DNA from: Candidatus Pacearchaeota archaeon
GTDB lineage: Archaea; Nanobdellota; Nanobdellia; Pacearchaeales; GW2011-AR1
Assembly (NCBI GenBank): GCA_018303825.1
Contig: JAGVXK010000018.1
Location: forward strand, 17,028 to 81,027
Reading direction: 5' to 3'
DNA: 64,000 nt
The position numbers and the translations under genes are program-made. The notes under the pieces are model-generated. The model searched no databases and was not told the origin of the DNA. It saw only the letters and a list, made by a program, of their open reading frames with translations. Each line of letters begins with the position of its first letter. Position 1 is the first letter of the stretch. This document shows positions 9,996-18,535 of the stretch, one piece after another.

Positions 9996-10571
9996 ATGCT
10001 TAATAAAAGAGGACAGGAAGGCGGCGGAGGCACTAGCCTTGGAATGATTATAAGTATAGTCTTATTGGTATTGATTCTCATCTTCGCAGCTTATGCTCTT
10101 ACTTCCAGCGGGAGAGAGTTTCTCGCAAAAGTTTTCAACTTTAAGGGCGGCACCACATTAGATTCCGTAGTTTCTGGATGTGCACTTTCTGCTGATTCGC
10201 AGGCAACAGACAGTTTCTGCTCTGAATTGAAGTATGTCAATCTTGATGGAAAGGATCAGTATGTTACATGCGATTATCTCCGTTCTATTAATAAGCTGGA
10301 TAAGAGTCTTGTGTGCCTCGGATTAAGCAAGGACCTCGCCAATAACTGTCTTGCTTTAAAGAAGACAGGGATTATGGTCAATGGAATTACTATTGTTGGG
10401 TTGGAAGTTTGTGTAAAGGATCCTAAACTGGGAGGTTCTACTTGTGAGCAGTTTGGTGGTGCTCAGAAGCTTGCTACCGAATGCACTACTCTTAAAGGGA
10501 CAGTAATCTATTCTATGCTCGGTGCAGATAATAAACCTACGGGTTCTGTTTGTTGCAAACTTGTAGTTTAA
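9996..10571 (+). CDS. Pilin-like protein, separately promoted (candidate major pilin), Cys-rich
   Basis: MLNKRG|QEGGGGTSLGMIISIVLLVLILIFAAYAL; ends CEQFGG...EC...VCCKLVV. Confidence 0.82.
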   Translation: MLNKRGQEGGGGTSLGMIISIVLLVLILIFAAYALTSSGREFLAKVFNFKGGTTLDSVVSGCALSADSQATDSFCSELKYVNLDGKDQYVTCDYLRSINKLDKSLVCLGLSKDLANNCLALKKTGIMVNGITIVGLEVCVKDPKLGGSTCEQFGGAQKLATECTTLKGTVIYSMLGADNKPTGSVCCKLVV

Positions 10572-10629
10572 TTTAGTTTTATTTTTTGTTATTCATTAAT
10601 TATTTAAAGGTGTTTTTTCTTTTCTATTA

Positions 10630-10773
10630 ATGGATTACGGGTTTTCTGAAAGAAGGAAGAATAAGAATGATAAAAGGGCTAAGTCCAGGTTTAACAAATT
10701 TAAAAGAGGCGGACGGTTCAGAACTAGTAATGTTAATAATATTAATTCAACTGAGAATAAGGGTGAGAAATGA
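10630..10773 (+). CDS. Small basic protein, 47 aa (not in ORF track)
   Basis: MDYGFSERRKNKNDKRAKSRFNKFKRGGRFRTSNVNNINSTENKGEK*; its TGA overlaps the peptidase ATG (ATGA). Confidence 0.5.
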   Translation: MDYGFSERRKNKNDKRAKSRFNKFKRGGRFRTSNVNNINSTENKGEK

Positions 10774-11627
10774 ATGAGTATTATTTCTTGTTTGCATTAG
10801 TATTAGTTTATGCACTGTTTGCTGTTGTTCAGGATTTAAAGAAAAAAGAAGTGGCTAATTGGCTTAATTTGTCTTTGATTGCTTTTGCCCTTGCCTATAG
10901 GGCCCTTTACTCGCTTTACATAAAAGATATGAACTTTTTCGTTTTTGGATTAGTTGGATTGATTGTGTTTTACATAGTTGGTTCAATATTCTACTATTCT
11001 AAGGCATTTGGAGGGGGGGACGTAAAATTATTGGCTGGAGTAGGGGTTATACTGCCTTTCAAGAGCTATTCTGGCGTTCTCTTTGTTTTATTGGAGTTTC
11101 TAATAATCTTGTTTTTTATCGGAGCAGTTTATACTTTGATTTATAGCATTGTTCTTGCATTTAAGAACAGGAAGATATTCAAGAAAGAATTTTCTTTATT
11201 ATTTAAAAGATATTGGAGATTTCTTCTAATTATAGCTACTTTTGCCATTCTTTTAGGGTTTTTCATAGGGGTTTTTAACTCGGGGGGGTTGGGAGTGGGA
11301 GTTGCGGTATTTTTTGTTCTTATTTCTATTTTATATGTTTATTTGAAGGCCTTAGATAAAGGAATGATAATTAAAATAAAACCAGACAAATTAACAGAAG
11401 GCGACTGGATATTGCAGGATATAAAATTGAATGGATATATTGTTAAAAATACAGTTCATGGACTTACATTAAAAGATATTCAAATGTTGAGGAAGGCTAA
11501 AAAGGAGGTTTATGTCAAGACAGGAATTCCTTTTGTTCCTGCCGTGTTTTTTGCTTTGTTAGTTATGGTATTCTTCTCTCTAGTTTTAAAGTCAGACCTT
11601 CTGATTTTGCTTTTTTCCCGATTTTAA
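10770..11627 (+). CDS. Prepilin peptidase, A24 family (FlaK/PibD/EppA-like)
   Basis: Catalytic Asp motifs QDLKKKEV and GGGDVKLLAG; multi-TM; C-terminal soluble insert (LTEGDWI) and GIPFVPA. Confidence 0.92.
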   Translation: MNEYYFLFALVLVYALFAVVQDLKKKEVANWLNLSLIAFALAYRALYSLYIKDMNFFVFGLVGLIVFYIVGSIFYYSKAFGGGDVKLLAGVGVILPFKSYSGVLFVLLEFLIILFFIGAVYTLIYSIVLAFKNRKIFKKEFSLLFKRYWRFLLIIATFAILLGFFIGVFNSGGLGVGVAVFFVLISILYVYLKALDKGMIIKIKPDKLTEGDWILQDIKLNGYIVKNTVHGLTLKDIQMLRKAKKEVYVKTGIPFVPAVFFALLVMVFFSLVLKSDLLILLFSRF

Positions 11628-12192
11628 TTTTTTTTATTCTTTTTTTTACTATTTTTAATTTCTGCTCTAGTTCTTGGAGTTGCTTTTCATTTGCATCTGT
11701 TCTTGGAGATAGAAGATTTAGGGATTTATCATAAATAGGAATGACATTTATTATCATCTCTCCGAATTTGTATTCTGTCTGGATTTCAGATGATTTCGCC
11801 TCTAATTTTTTTGATATTCTTTTTGCTATCTTCTTGGAAAGGTTAAAGCACGAATTGGGAAGAGATTTTGCTTCAGTTACTGGTTTTTTTGGAATGATGA
11901 CAATATGAGCATTTGAAACTGGCTTAATGTCCAGAACAGCCAGGGCATCTTTGTTTTCCGCAATGACATATGCCTTGATATCTCCGTCGACGATTGAACG
12001 AAAAACTCCCTTCTGTGGTTTATTTGTGTTTCCAGATTTTTCCTGCTGCTGTTTTATCATGGCTTCCAATGCTTGCGGAGAAAGAGAGGCAATTTGGTTT
12101 AGTGCAGCTTCTTTTTGCTGTTGTGGAAGATCTTTAACCTGCTCTCTGAGCTGTTCTTTCAGTTCTTCTATCTGTTCGGGTGTTAGTGCCAT
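11563..12192 (-). CDS. HIT-fold protein lacking the histidine triad, with N-terminal helical Q/E-rich domain
   Basis: FRSIVDGDIKAYVIAENKDALAVLDIKPVSNAHIVIIPKK is HIT-like; HxHxHxx position reads EMIINVIP. Confidence 0.7.
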   Translation of the reverse strand: MALTPEQIEELKEQLREQVKDLPQQQKEAALNQIASLSPQALEAMIKQQQEKSGNTNKPQKGVFRSIVDGDIKAYVIAENKDALAVLDIKPVSNAHIVIIPKKPVTEAKSLPNSCFNLSKKIAKRISKKLEAKSSEIQTEYKFGEMIINVIPIYDKSLNLLSPRTDANEKQLQELEQKLKIVKKRIKKIKIGKKAKSEGLTLKLERRIP

Positions 12193-12266
12193 TTTATTCA
12201 TAGAAATGTGGGTTTTATATAGGTTACTAGGAGATGGTCATTACTTTGATTTAATCAGAATGATAA

Positions 12267-12542
12267 TTATCCGAAGGCTCTGCGGTAGTCTTCAATTGTG
12301 ACCGATGAGACTTCTTTGATTGTTGACAATATTGATTCAATCGTGTCAGTGCCTTTTTGCTCATCCAAGGCGAATTTGATATATAATGCTTTAAGTCCAA
12401 AGGCAATTGGCTTTTCTTCGAATGAAAGATTTTTTGCTTCCTCTTTTTCCAATCTTGATTTTGCCTCCGTTTTTATGGTTTCCAAGTCAGAACTAGGGGA
12501 TTCAGGCATCAATTTTACTATTATAGAGACCACTGCAGCCAT
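12267..12542 (-). CDS. ef1b: Elongation factor 1-beta
   Basis: VKLMPESPSSDLE...EEKPIAFGLKAL...GTDTIE...V. Confidence 0.93.
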   Translation of the reverse strand: MAAVVSIIVKLMPESPSSDLETIKTEAKSRLEKEEAKNLSFEEKPIAFGLKALYIKFALDEQKGTDTIESILSTIKEVSSVTIEDYRRAFG

Positions 12543-12558
12543 AGGCTGAATTGATTTT

Positions 12559-12576
12559 TTAGGTTTATAAACCTAA
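12559..12576. promoter_or_regulatory. Perfect 18-bp palindrome containing a TATA box upstream of ef1b
   Basis: TTAGGTTTATAAACCTAA is its own reverse complement. Confidence 0.5.
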
Positions 12577-12638
12577 TTAGTAAAAACTCTCCTAGCAAAA
12601 AAATAAAGTTAAAAATTAAAAAGATAAATTATGGAATT

Positions 12639-12818
12639 TTACTTCTTGAATAGGGCAATTAGCTCCCAGATGCCTGCCAATCCAACTAGTGCATAGATAA
12701 TTGTTGTTACGATTCCTAAACCACCTAAAACTCCCCCTCCATCGTTGAATGCTCCGATTCCCCAGTTAAGCGCACCAATTATGACTAGTATTCTTGCTAC
12801 CCAATCAATTGTGTTCAT
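12639..12818 (-). CDS. DUF378-like small membrane protein, 59 aa (not in ORF track)
   Basis: MNTIDWVARILVIIGALNWGIGAF...IIYALVGLAGIWEL; GGAGG RBS upstream. Confidence 0.85.
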   Translation of the reverse strand: MNTIDWVARILVIIGALNWGIGAFNDGGGVLGGLGIVTTIIYALVGLAGIWELIALFKK

Positions 12819-12954
12819 TTTTAATAACCTCCTTTCAATACAATAAGTTATCTAAATTAATATTAATGGGTATTTAAAGGTTTTTGAAATATGTTTATCG
12901 AACATATCTTTGAGGTATCAAAATACTTTTAAAGAGGCGTTTTTTAGACATTGG

Positions 12955-13890
12955 ATGAACAACTATGGGCAACTGATTGCTAAGATTTCTGAATATGCAA
13001 AACTGAATAGTGATGAGATTGAGAGAAGGGTGGAGGCAAAAAGAGCAAAGTTATCCGGATTGGTAAGCAAAGAGGGAGCAGCGCAGATAGTTGCAGCTGA
13101 ATTGGGGATTAATTTTGACAAGGAAAAAATGAAAATCTCTGAATTGGTTCAGGGAATGAAAAGGGCGAATATATTGGGAAAGATAATAGATGTTTCTCCG
13201 GTCAGGGAGTTTAATAAAAACAACCGGCAGGGGAAGGTTGTTAATTTGCTTGTTGCGGACGAGAGTTCAAATGTAAAGGTAGTTTTATGGGATACAAATC
13301 ATATTAATTTAATTGAAACTGGAAAGTTAAAGACAGGAGACATAGTTGAAATATCAAATGGAAATGTCAGAAACGGGGAATTACATTTGAGTTCATTTTC
13401 AGATATAAAACAGAGCAAACAAGAAGTTGGAAATGTTGTGACGAAGAAGATGTTCAATCAGAAAAAATTAATAGAAACTAAGGTCGGGGAGAGCCTGAAA
13501 ACGAGGGCATATATTGTCCAGGTGTTTGACCCTCATTATTTTGAAATATGCCCTGAATGCAGAAGGAAAGCCAATGAGGGAGAATGCAGCGTGCACGGCA
13601 AGATAAATCCTATTAAAAGAGCAATAATGAACATAATCTTAGATGACGGAACAGAGACAATAAGATCTGTCATAGTTGGGGAAAATATTAACCTTCTTGG
13701 CTTGGACGATGAGCAGATATTTTCATTGGAAAAGTTTGCAGAAAATAAAAATTCTCTTTTAGGAGAAGAAAAAATATTCTCGGGAAATGTACGGACAAAT
13801 ACTATGTTTAATAATGCAGAGTTCAGCATAGAAAAAGTGGAAGGTGTTTCTGCAGATGAGCTGATTAAAGAGCTGCAGGCTAAGCAATAA
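12955..13890 (+). CDS. rpa: Replication protein A / SSB (OB folds plus Zn finger)
   Basis: OB-fold GKVVNLLVADESSNVKVVLWD; CPECRRK...CSVHG Zn finger. Confidence 0.85.
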   Translation: MNNYGQLIAKISEYAKLNSDEIERRVEAKRAKLSGLVSKEGAAQIVAAELGINFDKEKMKISELVQGMKRANILGKIIDVSPVREFNKNNRQGKVVNLLVADESSNVKVVLWDTNHINLIETGKLKTGDIVEISNGNVRNGELHLSSFSDIKQSKQEVGNVVTKKMFNQKKLIETKVGESLKTRAYIVQVFDPHYFEICPECRRKANEGECSVHGKINPIKRAIMNIILDDGTETIRSVIVGENINLLGLDDEQIFSLEKFAENKNSLLGEEKIFSGNVRTNTMFNNAEFSIEKVEGVSADELIKELQAKQ

Positions 13891-14086
13891 GTTTAAATTT
13901 AATGTTTTCTTTCTTTGGGAATGTTAATGAAAGTTCTTAGAAATAGGGCTTGGGAAGTCTTAGGCAAGATAAGGGTTGTTGGAGCAACTAGAACAAAGAC
14001 CTTGGAGAGGATAAGGTTTTTACCGAGGTAAAAATGTTAATTATATTTAAAAAACATAAGAAAAGTAGGGTTCACAAGGTGAAAAG

Positions 14087-14536
14087 ATGTTAATGAAAAC
14101 ACATTTGGCGATAGGGGTTTTTCTTTTGGCTTTGTTTCTTCCGCATGTCAATTATGAATTTATCTTTTTGCCAGTTATTTTAATAGCTTCAATACTTCCA
14201 GACATTGACAGTGCATTTTCCACAGTTGGAAAGAATAGAATCTTTAGATTTTTGCAATGGGTGACAAAACACAGGGGAGTAATACACAGTTTTACACTAT
14301 GCCTTATCATTTCAGTTATTTTTGCCATAATATATCCGCCTTTGGCATTTCCTTTCTTTTTAGGGTATGGAATACATTTGTTTGTTGATAGTTTTACAGT
14401 TGATGGGATAAGGCCTTTCTGGCCCTGGGGTGCAACCGTAAATGGAAAAGTAAGAACTGGAGGGAGTATAGAGTATTTAATCTTCGTAATATTTTGCGTT
14501 ATTGATGTTGCAATGATAATCAATTGGTTTTTGTAA
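14087..14536 (+). CDS. Membrane-bound metal-dependent hydrolase (YdjM/DUF457-like)
   Basis: KTH, LPDID, HRGVIHS, HLFVDSFTVDGI motifs. Confidence 0.85.
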   Translation: MLMKTHLAIGVFLLALFLPHVNYEFIFLPVILIASILPDIDSAFSTVGKNRIFRFLQWVTKHRGVIHSFTLCLIISVIFAIIYPPLAFPFFLGYGIHLFVDSFTVDGIRPFWPWGATVNGKVRTGGSIEYLIFVIFCVIDVAMIINWFL

Positions 14537-14833
14537 TTATCTCTCAGCCTTGTAGTTTTTTCTATGAGAAGTTTCAGAATTTAGCCGTAATTCATATTTT
14601 TCTTCCTTTTGCATAAGTTCAATAATTGAAGCAGACTCAAATCTCGCTAAAGGTTCATTACAAGGGGCATCTATGTATCCTACGAATTCTTCTAAGTGCA
14701 TTATTGACGCCTTTTTCATATAAATAATATTATTTTCTAATTTATAATATTTTGTTTTATTAAAATAATATCTTTTTAGAAGTGTATTTTTGAGTAGTAT
14801 AATCTTTATAAATGAAGACATTGTGAAATTGGA

Positions 14834-15835
14834 ATGGCTAAAGAGGAAGAAGACAAAGAGGAAAAGAGAAAAGAAGGTAAAAAAGAGGAGGTGGGCCTTA
14901 CAGATGTTCCTGGAATAGGCCCCGGCATTGCTGCGAAGCTTGAAAATGCAGGAGTTTATGATTTAATGGGCTTGGCTGTAATGAGTCCGGCGGTTTTGGC
15001 AGATACAGCCGGGGTAGGAGAGGCTGTTGCCAGAAAGGCAATTCAGGCAGCTAGAAATATGCTTAAACTTGGATTTGTTTCTGGAGATGAATTTGCAAAA
15101 AACAGGGAAAATGTAAATAATGTTACAACTGGAAGTGTTAATTTGAACAATCTTCTGGGAGGAAAAGGGATAGAAACAAAAGCGATAACTGAGGCGTATG
15201 GTGCATATGGTAGTGGAAAGACACAGCTGGGTTTATGCCTGGCTGTGAACGTCCAGCTGCCAAAAGAACAAGGGGGGGCAAATGGAAAAGCAGTATTTAT
15301 CGATACGGAAGGAACATTCAGGCCGAGCAGAATAAGGCAGATTGCAGAAGGAATAGGGGCAAATTCTGAAAAAGTGCTAAAAAATATTCTGGTTGCGAGG
15401 GCATTTAATTCAGACCATCAGATTTTATTATTGGATAAAGTAGGAGAGTTAATAAGGGATGGGGAACCTATTAAGTTGGTTATTATAGACTCTTTAACTG
15501 CGCATTTCAGAGCAGAATTCACAGGAAGAGGACAGCTGGCAGACAGACAGCATAAATTGAACAAGTATTTACATAGTTTGATGAAGCTGGCAGAGCAGTA
15601 TAATCTTGCGATTTATGTTACAAATCAGGTAATGGCAAATCCTGCAATGATGTTTGGAGACCCCACAACTCCTGTCGGGGGCAACATTTTAGGGCACGCC
15701 TCAACATATAGGGTATATTTAAGAAGGGGCAAGCAAGGTTCAAGAGTAGCAAAAATGATTGATTCTCCTAATCTTCCTGAAAATGAGTGCCAGTTTTGGC
15801 TAACAGAAAAAGGTTTGAAAGACGAAGAGGAATAA
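14834..15835 (+). CDS. radA: DNA repair and recombination protein RadA
   Basis: N-terminal HhH, Walker A GAYGSGKTQ, FIDTEGTFRP, IIDSLTAHFRAE; no intein. Confidence 0.97.
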   Translation: MAKEEEDKEEKRKEGKKEEVGLTDVPGIGPGIAAKLENAGVYDLMGLAVMSPAVLADTAGVGEAVARKAIQAARNMLKLGFVSGDEFAKNRENVNNVTTGSVNLNNLLGGKGIETKAITEAYGAYGSGKTQLGLCLAVNVQLPKEQGGANGKAVFIDTEGTFRPSRIRQIAEGIGANSEKVLKNILVARAFNSDHQILLLDKVGELIRDGEPIKLVIIDSLTAHFRAEFTGRGQLADRQHKLNKYLHSLMKLAEQYNLAIYVTNQVMANPAMMFGDPTTPVGGNILGHASTYRVYLRRGKQGSRVAKMIDSPNLPENECQFWLTEKGLKDEEE

Positions 15836-16260
15836 TGCCAACTTTAGAACGAATAACGAAATGGAAAGAGGAAGCGGCTAGAAGGCAAAGTATACTTTAC
15901 GAAAGAGTTTCTCAAATAAAGATGAATGAAACTTCTCAACAAGCTTCAAAAAGAAAATTAATGGGTTTAGAATGGAGTGAATTTCCAGTTTTATTGAAAG
16001 CCAGATGGCATATTGATAACTGCTGGCATGATGGTAAACCTTTGAGGGAAGCTAAAATGAGTTGTTTTGAAAGCAGTTATGTTGGAGGAATGGATTTAAA
16101 TCCAGGGTTTATAAGATATCGAGAGGCAGCCATGCAGCATGAAATTCATTTTGAACAATGTCTCAAATGCAAATTGTTATATGCATTGCCTCCAAGTCCG
16201 AAGGATTTGGAGAGAAGAAGGAAGGTCAGAGAGATCATTTATGCCGGAAGTGGAAAATAA
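15835..16260 (+). CDS. Hypothetical protein
   Basis: 141-aa ORF coupled to the radA stop (TAATG); contains CLKC. Confidence 0.5.
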   Translation: MPTLERITKWKEEAARRQSILYERVSQIKMNETSQQASKRKLMGLEWSEFPVLLKARWHIDNCWHDGKPLREAKMSCFESSYVGGMDLNPGFIRYREAAMQHEIHFEQCLKCKLLYALPPSPKDLERRRKVREIIYAGSGK

Positions 16261-16269
16261 ATTTATAAT

Positions 16270-17421
16270 TTAATTAATTCTCTTTGAGTTTTCAAATATT
16301 TTTATATTTCTTTTTTTAAGTTCTTTGAAAAATATTTCTGGCGGGATTCCTATTTCTGGGGAAAAAGCACCCTTTTCAGTTATGTCTCCCTTTTTCACTA
16401 ATTGTGCAAGAATACTTGCGGGCATTCCAGTATCTATATTACAACCTGCGCTTTCCCAATGGTGCAATGTTGGAACAATGCTTTCCATTTGGATAAATTT
16501 CTTTTTTCCATTTTTTGTTCCATATATTCTTACCCAAAGATTTTCTTTTTCTTTGTATCCTTTAGGATATTTTATTCTTTTTAGCATTTGAGTTAAAAAG
16601 TTTATCGGCTTTATTTTATTTCCATTAAAATTGATTTCTTCTTTGTCAGCAAATCCCAGTTTTATCAAATCTACTATCATTCTAAAGGAATGTTCCGGGA
16701 ATCCTGCATAGAATTTAATGTTTTTCAATCCTTTATTTGAAAAATAATGCAGAAAAGTATATTGTTCCGGATGTCTTACATACATTTCAGTTTCCTTTCC
16801 AATGGTGCGATGATATTCTTTCATAGTAGTCTTAAGTGGTGTTTTGAACTCAAAATGCCTGTTTTTGACTACTGGGGCTGGGCTTGTAAATTCTTCAATT
16901 ACACTCTCAATTGAGAAAGGAACGACAAATTCTTTTATATTAGAATCCCAGGCGAAACCTACATGAATTTCATTTATTTTATCAAATTTCTCTGAAGCAT
17001 ATCTTAGCATTATGTTTCCTATTCCAGGAACAGAGCCTATACCTGTTATGCCAACAATATTTTTCTTTTTCATTTTTTTATTCAATGAAAATTGCTTTTT
17101 TGTCATTGGAATTTCAGAACCAAGATCAATGCAATTTACTTTCAGTTTTGTGCACAGCTTAAATACTTGATAATTCCAGTCTCCTTCCATACAGTTGAGG
17201 ACCACATTTGCTTTTGAGAATTTTATCGCTTTTCTTATCGTGTTAATTTTTGTAGCTTCGATATATCTAAATGCTGTTTTTTTATATTTTTTCAGTATAT
17301 GTTCTATTCTAGATTTGTCTCTTCCGCACAAAAGAACCGAATAATTACTTTCTAAAAGATCTCTTGTAGCTATTTTTCCCTGCATTCCTGTTGCGCCCAA
17401 AACAATAAAATCAAAACTCAA
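16270..17421 (-). CDS. Saccharopine dehydrogenase-like NAD(P)-dependent oxidoreductase
   Basis: Rossmann motif VLGATGMQG; GIGSVPGIGN; PFSIESVIEEF; C-terminal GAFSPE. Confidence 0.82.
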   Translation of the reverse strand: MSFDFIVLGATGMQGKIATRDLLESNYSVLLCGRDKSRIEHILKKYKKTAFRYIEATKINTIRKAIKFSKANVVLNCMEGDWNYQVFKLCTKLKVNCIDLGSEIPMTKKQFSLNKKMKKKNIVGITGIGSVPGIGNIMLRYASEKFDKINEIHVGFAWDSNIKEFVVPFSIESVIEEFTSPAPVVKNRHFEFKTPLKTTMKEYHRTIGKETEMYVRHPEQYTFLHYFSNKGLKNIKFYAGFPEHSFRMIVDLIKLGFADKEEINFNGNKIKPINFLTQMLKRIKYPKGYKEKENLWVRIYGTKNGKKKFIQMESIVPTLHHWESAGCNIDTGMPASILAQLVKKGDITEKGAFSPEIGIPPEIFFKELKKRNIKIFENSKRIN

Positions 17422-17487
17422 TTTATCACCTTTCCAGTATATGTAAAATAAGGTATATAAATTTTGTTTATGACCTAGAAAAAATTA

Positions 17488-18334
17488 TTAATTATTAGTT
17501 AAACTTTCTGGAGGGCTTTCAGGAGGTGTTTCCTGTGATGTTTCTTCTGATGCTTCATTATTGAAAAAGCCACTGAAGAAATTTCCAATTGATTCGAAAA
17601 CATTTCCTATGGCATCCCCAATTTTTGCTGTAATAACTCCCGAACCTGTTCCAGGATTGTCTCCAAACTCCGCTGATGCATCAGCACATTCAATACTGAC
17701 TATACATTCATAACCTTCTCCAGAATCTCCCATTATAGGTTTTTCATAACAGTGCTCGCAGGTATTGCAGGCGCTTTTTGCCTCCTCAAGTTTTATTTCT
17801 GTTAAACAAGGCCCCGCGTATAAGTATTTGCATGACTTAGCACAGCTTTGGCATATTTCATTTCCTTTTTTTCTGCCCTCTCCTGCTTGGCAGATTAATC
17901 CCGGACTTTTGGAATTAACACAGTCTCTAATGCATTGTTCTTCTTCAGATTTTGCTTTAGGCTCTTTTATCATCCCGCATTCTTTATCGCATATAGCTTG
18001 ATTTTTTTGCTGGCAGGGGAAATCAAACTCTCCGCATCCTTTTTGTACGCAAGTTTCAACACAGCTTTCTTCAGATGTCTGCTCAGGTTTGACTACGTTG
18101 CACTGCTGCTGGCATTTATTGCCATTAGCTTCCTTGCATGCCATATCATTGCTATCACATCCAACGCTGACACAAGACATCATACATGCTTGTTCTACTG
18201 CACTTGGACCTATGCCTGAAATTTCGGAAGAGACTTTTCCAGTTAATCTGTTAAAGGTGCCATTATAGAAAAAAAGAGTTAAAACAATCAAAAACAAGAT
18301 TAACCCTGTTAATGATTAACAACCTTTTTTGCAT
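17488..18334 (-). CDS. Membrane-anchored Cys-rich repeat protein (24 Cys), apparent +1 frameshift near the 5' end
   Basis: Two repeats C-x3-C-x4-C-x6-C-x7-C-x3-C; ATG at 18334 gives MQKRLLII-TGLILFLIVL only if one A is removed near 18310. Confidence 0.65.
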
Positions 18335-18427
18335 TCTAGTTTAGAGATTTTGGTCTTTAAAGATTTTTTCCTTTGCGATACATGCTGCTATAATGAATTG
18401 AACATCACTCTTAACTTTGAAAGTCAA

Positions 18428-18501
18428 CGCGTCCACGAGGAATTGCACCTCGAACCTTTTCCTCCGCAAGGAAATGCTCTATCTAATTGAGCTATGGACG
18501 C
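18428..18501 (-). tRNA. tRNA-Arg(GCG)
   Basis: GCGTCCA...TGGACGC acceptor; anticodon arm TTTCC-TTGCGGA-GGAAA. Confidence 0.92.
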
Positions 18502-18535
18502 ATATCAGAATTAAAATTAAAGGGTTAATAAATTA

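Noticed and set aside
14537-14821. Minus-strand ORF between the hydrolase and radA
   Set aside because: The 5' part is AT-rich promoter DNA and the rest has no recognisable motif.
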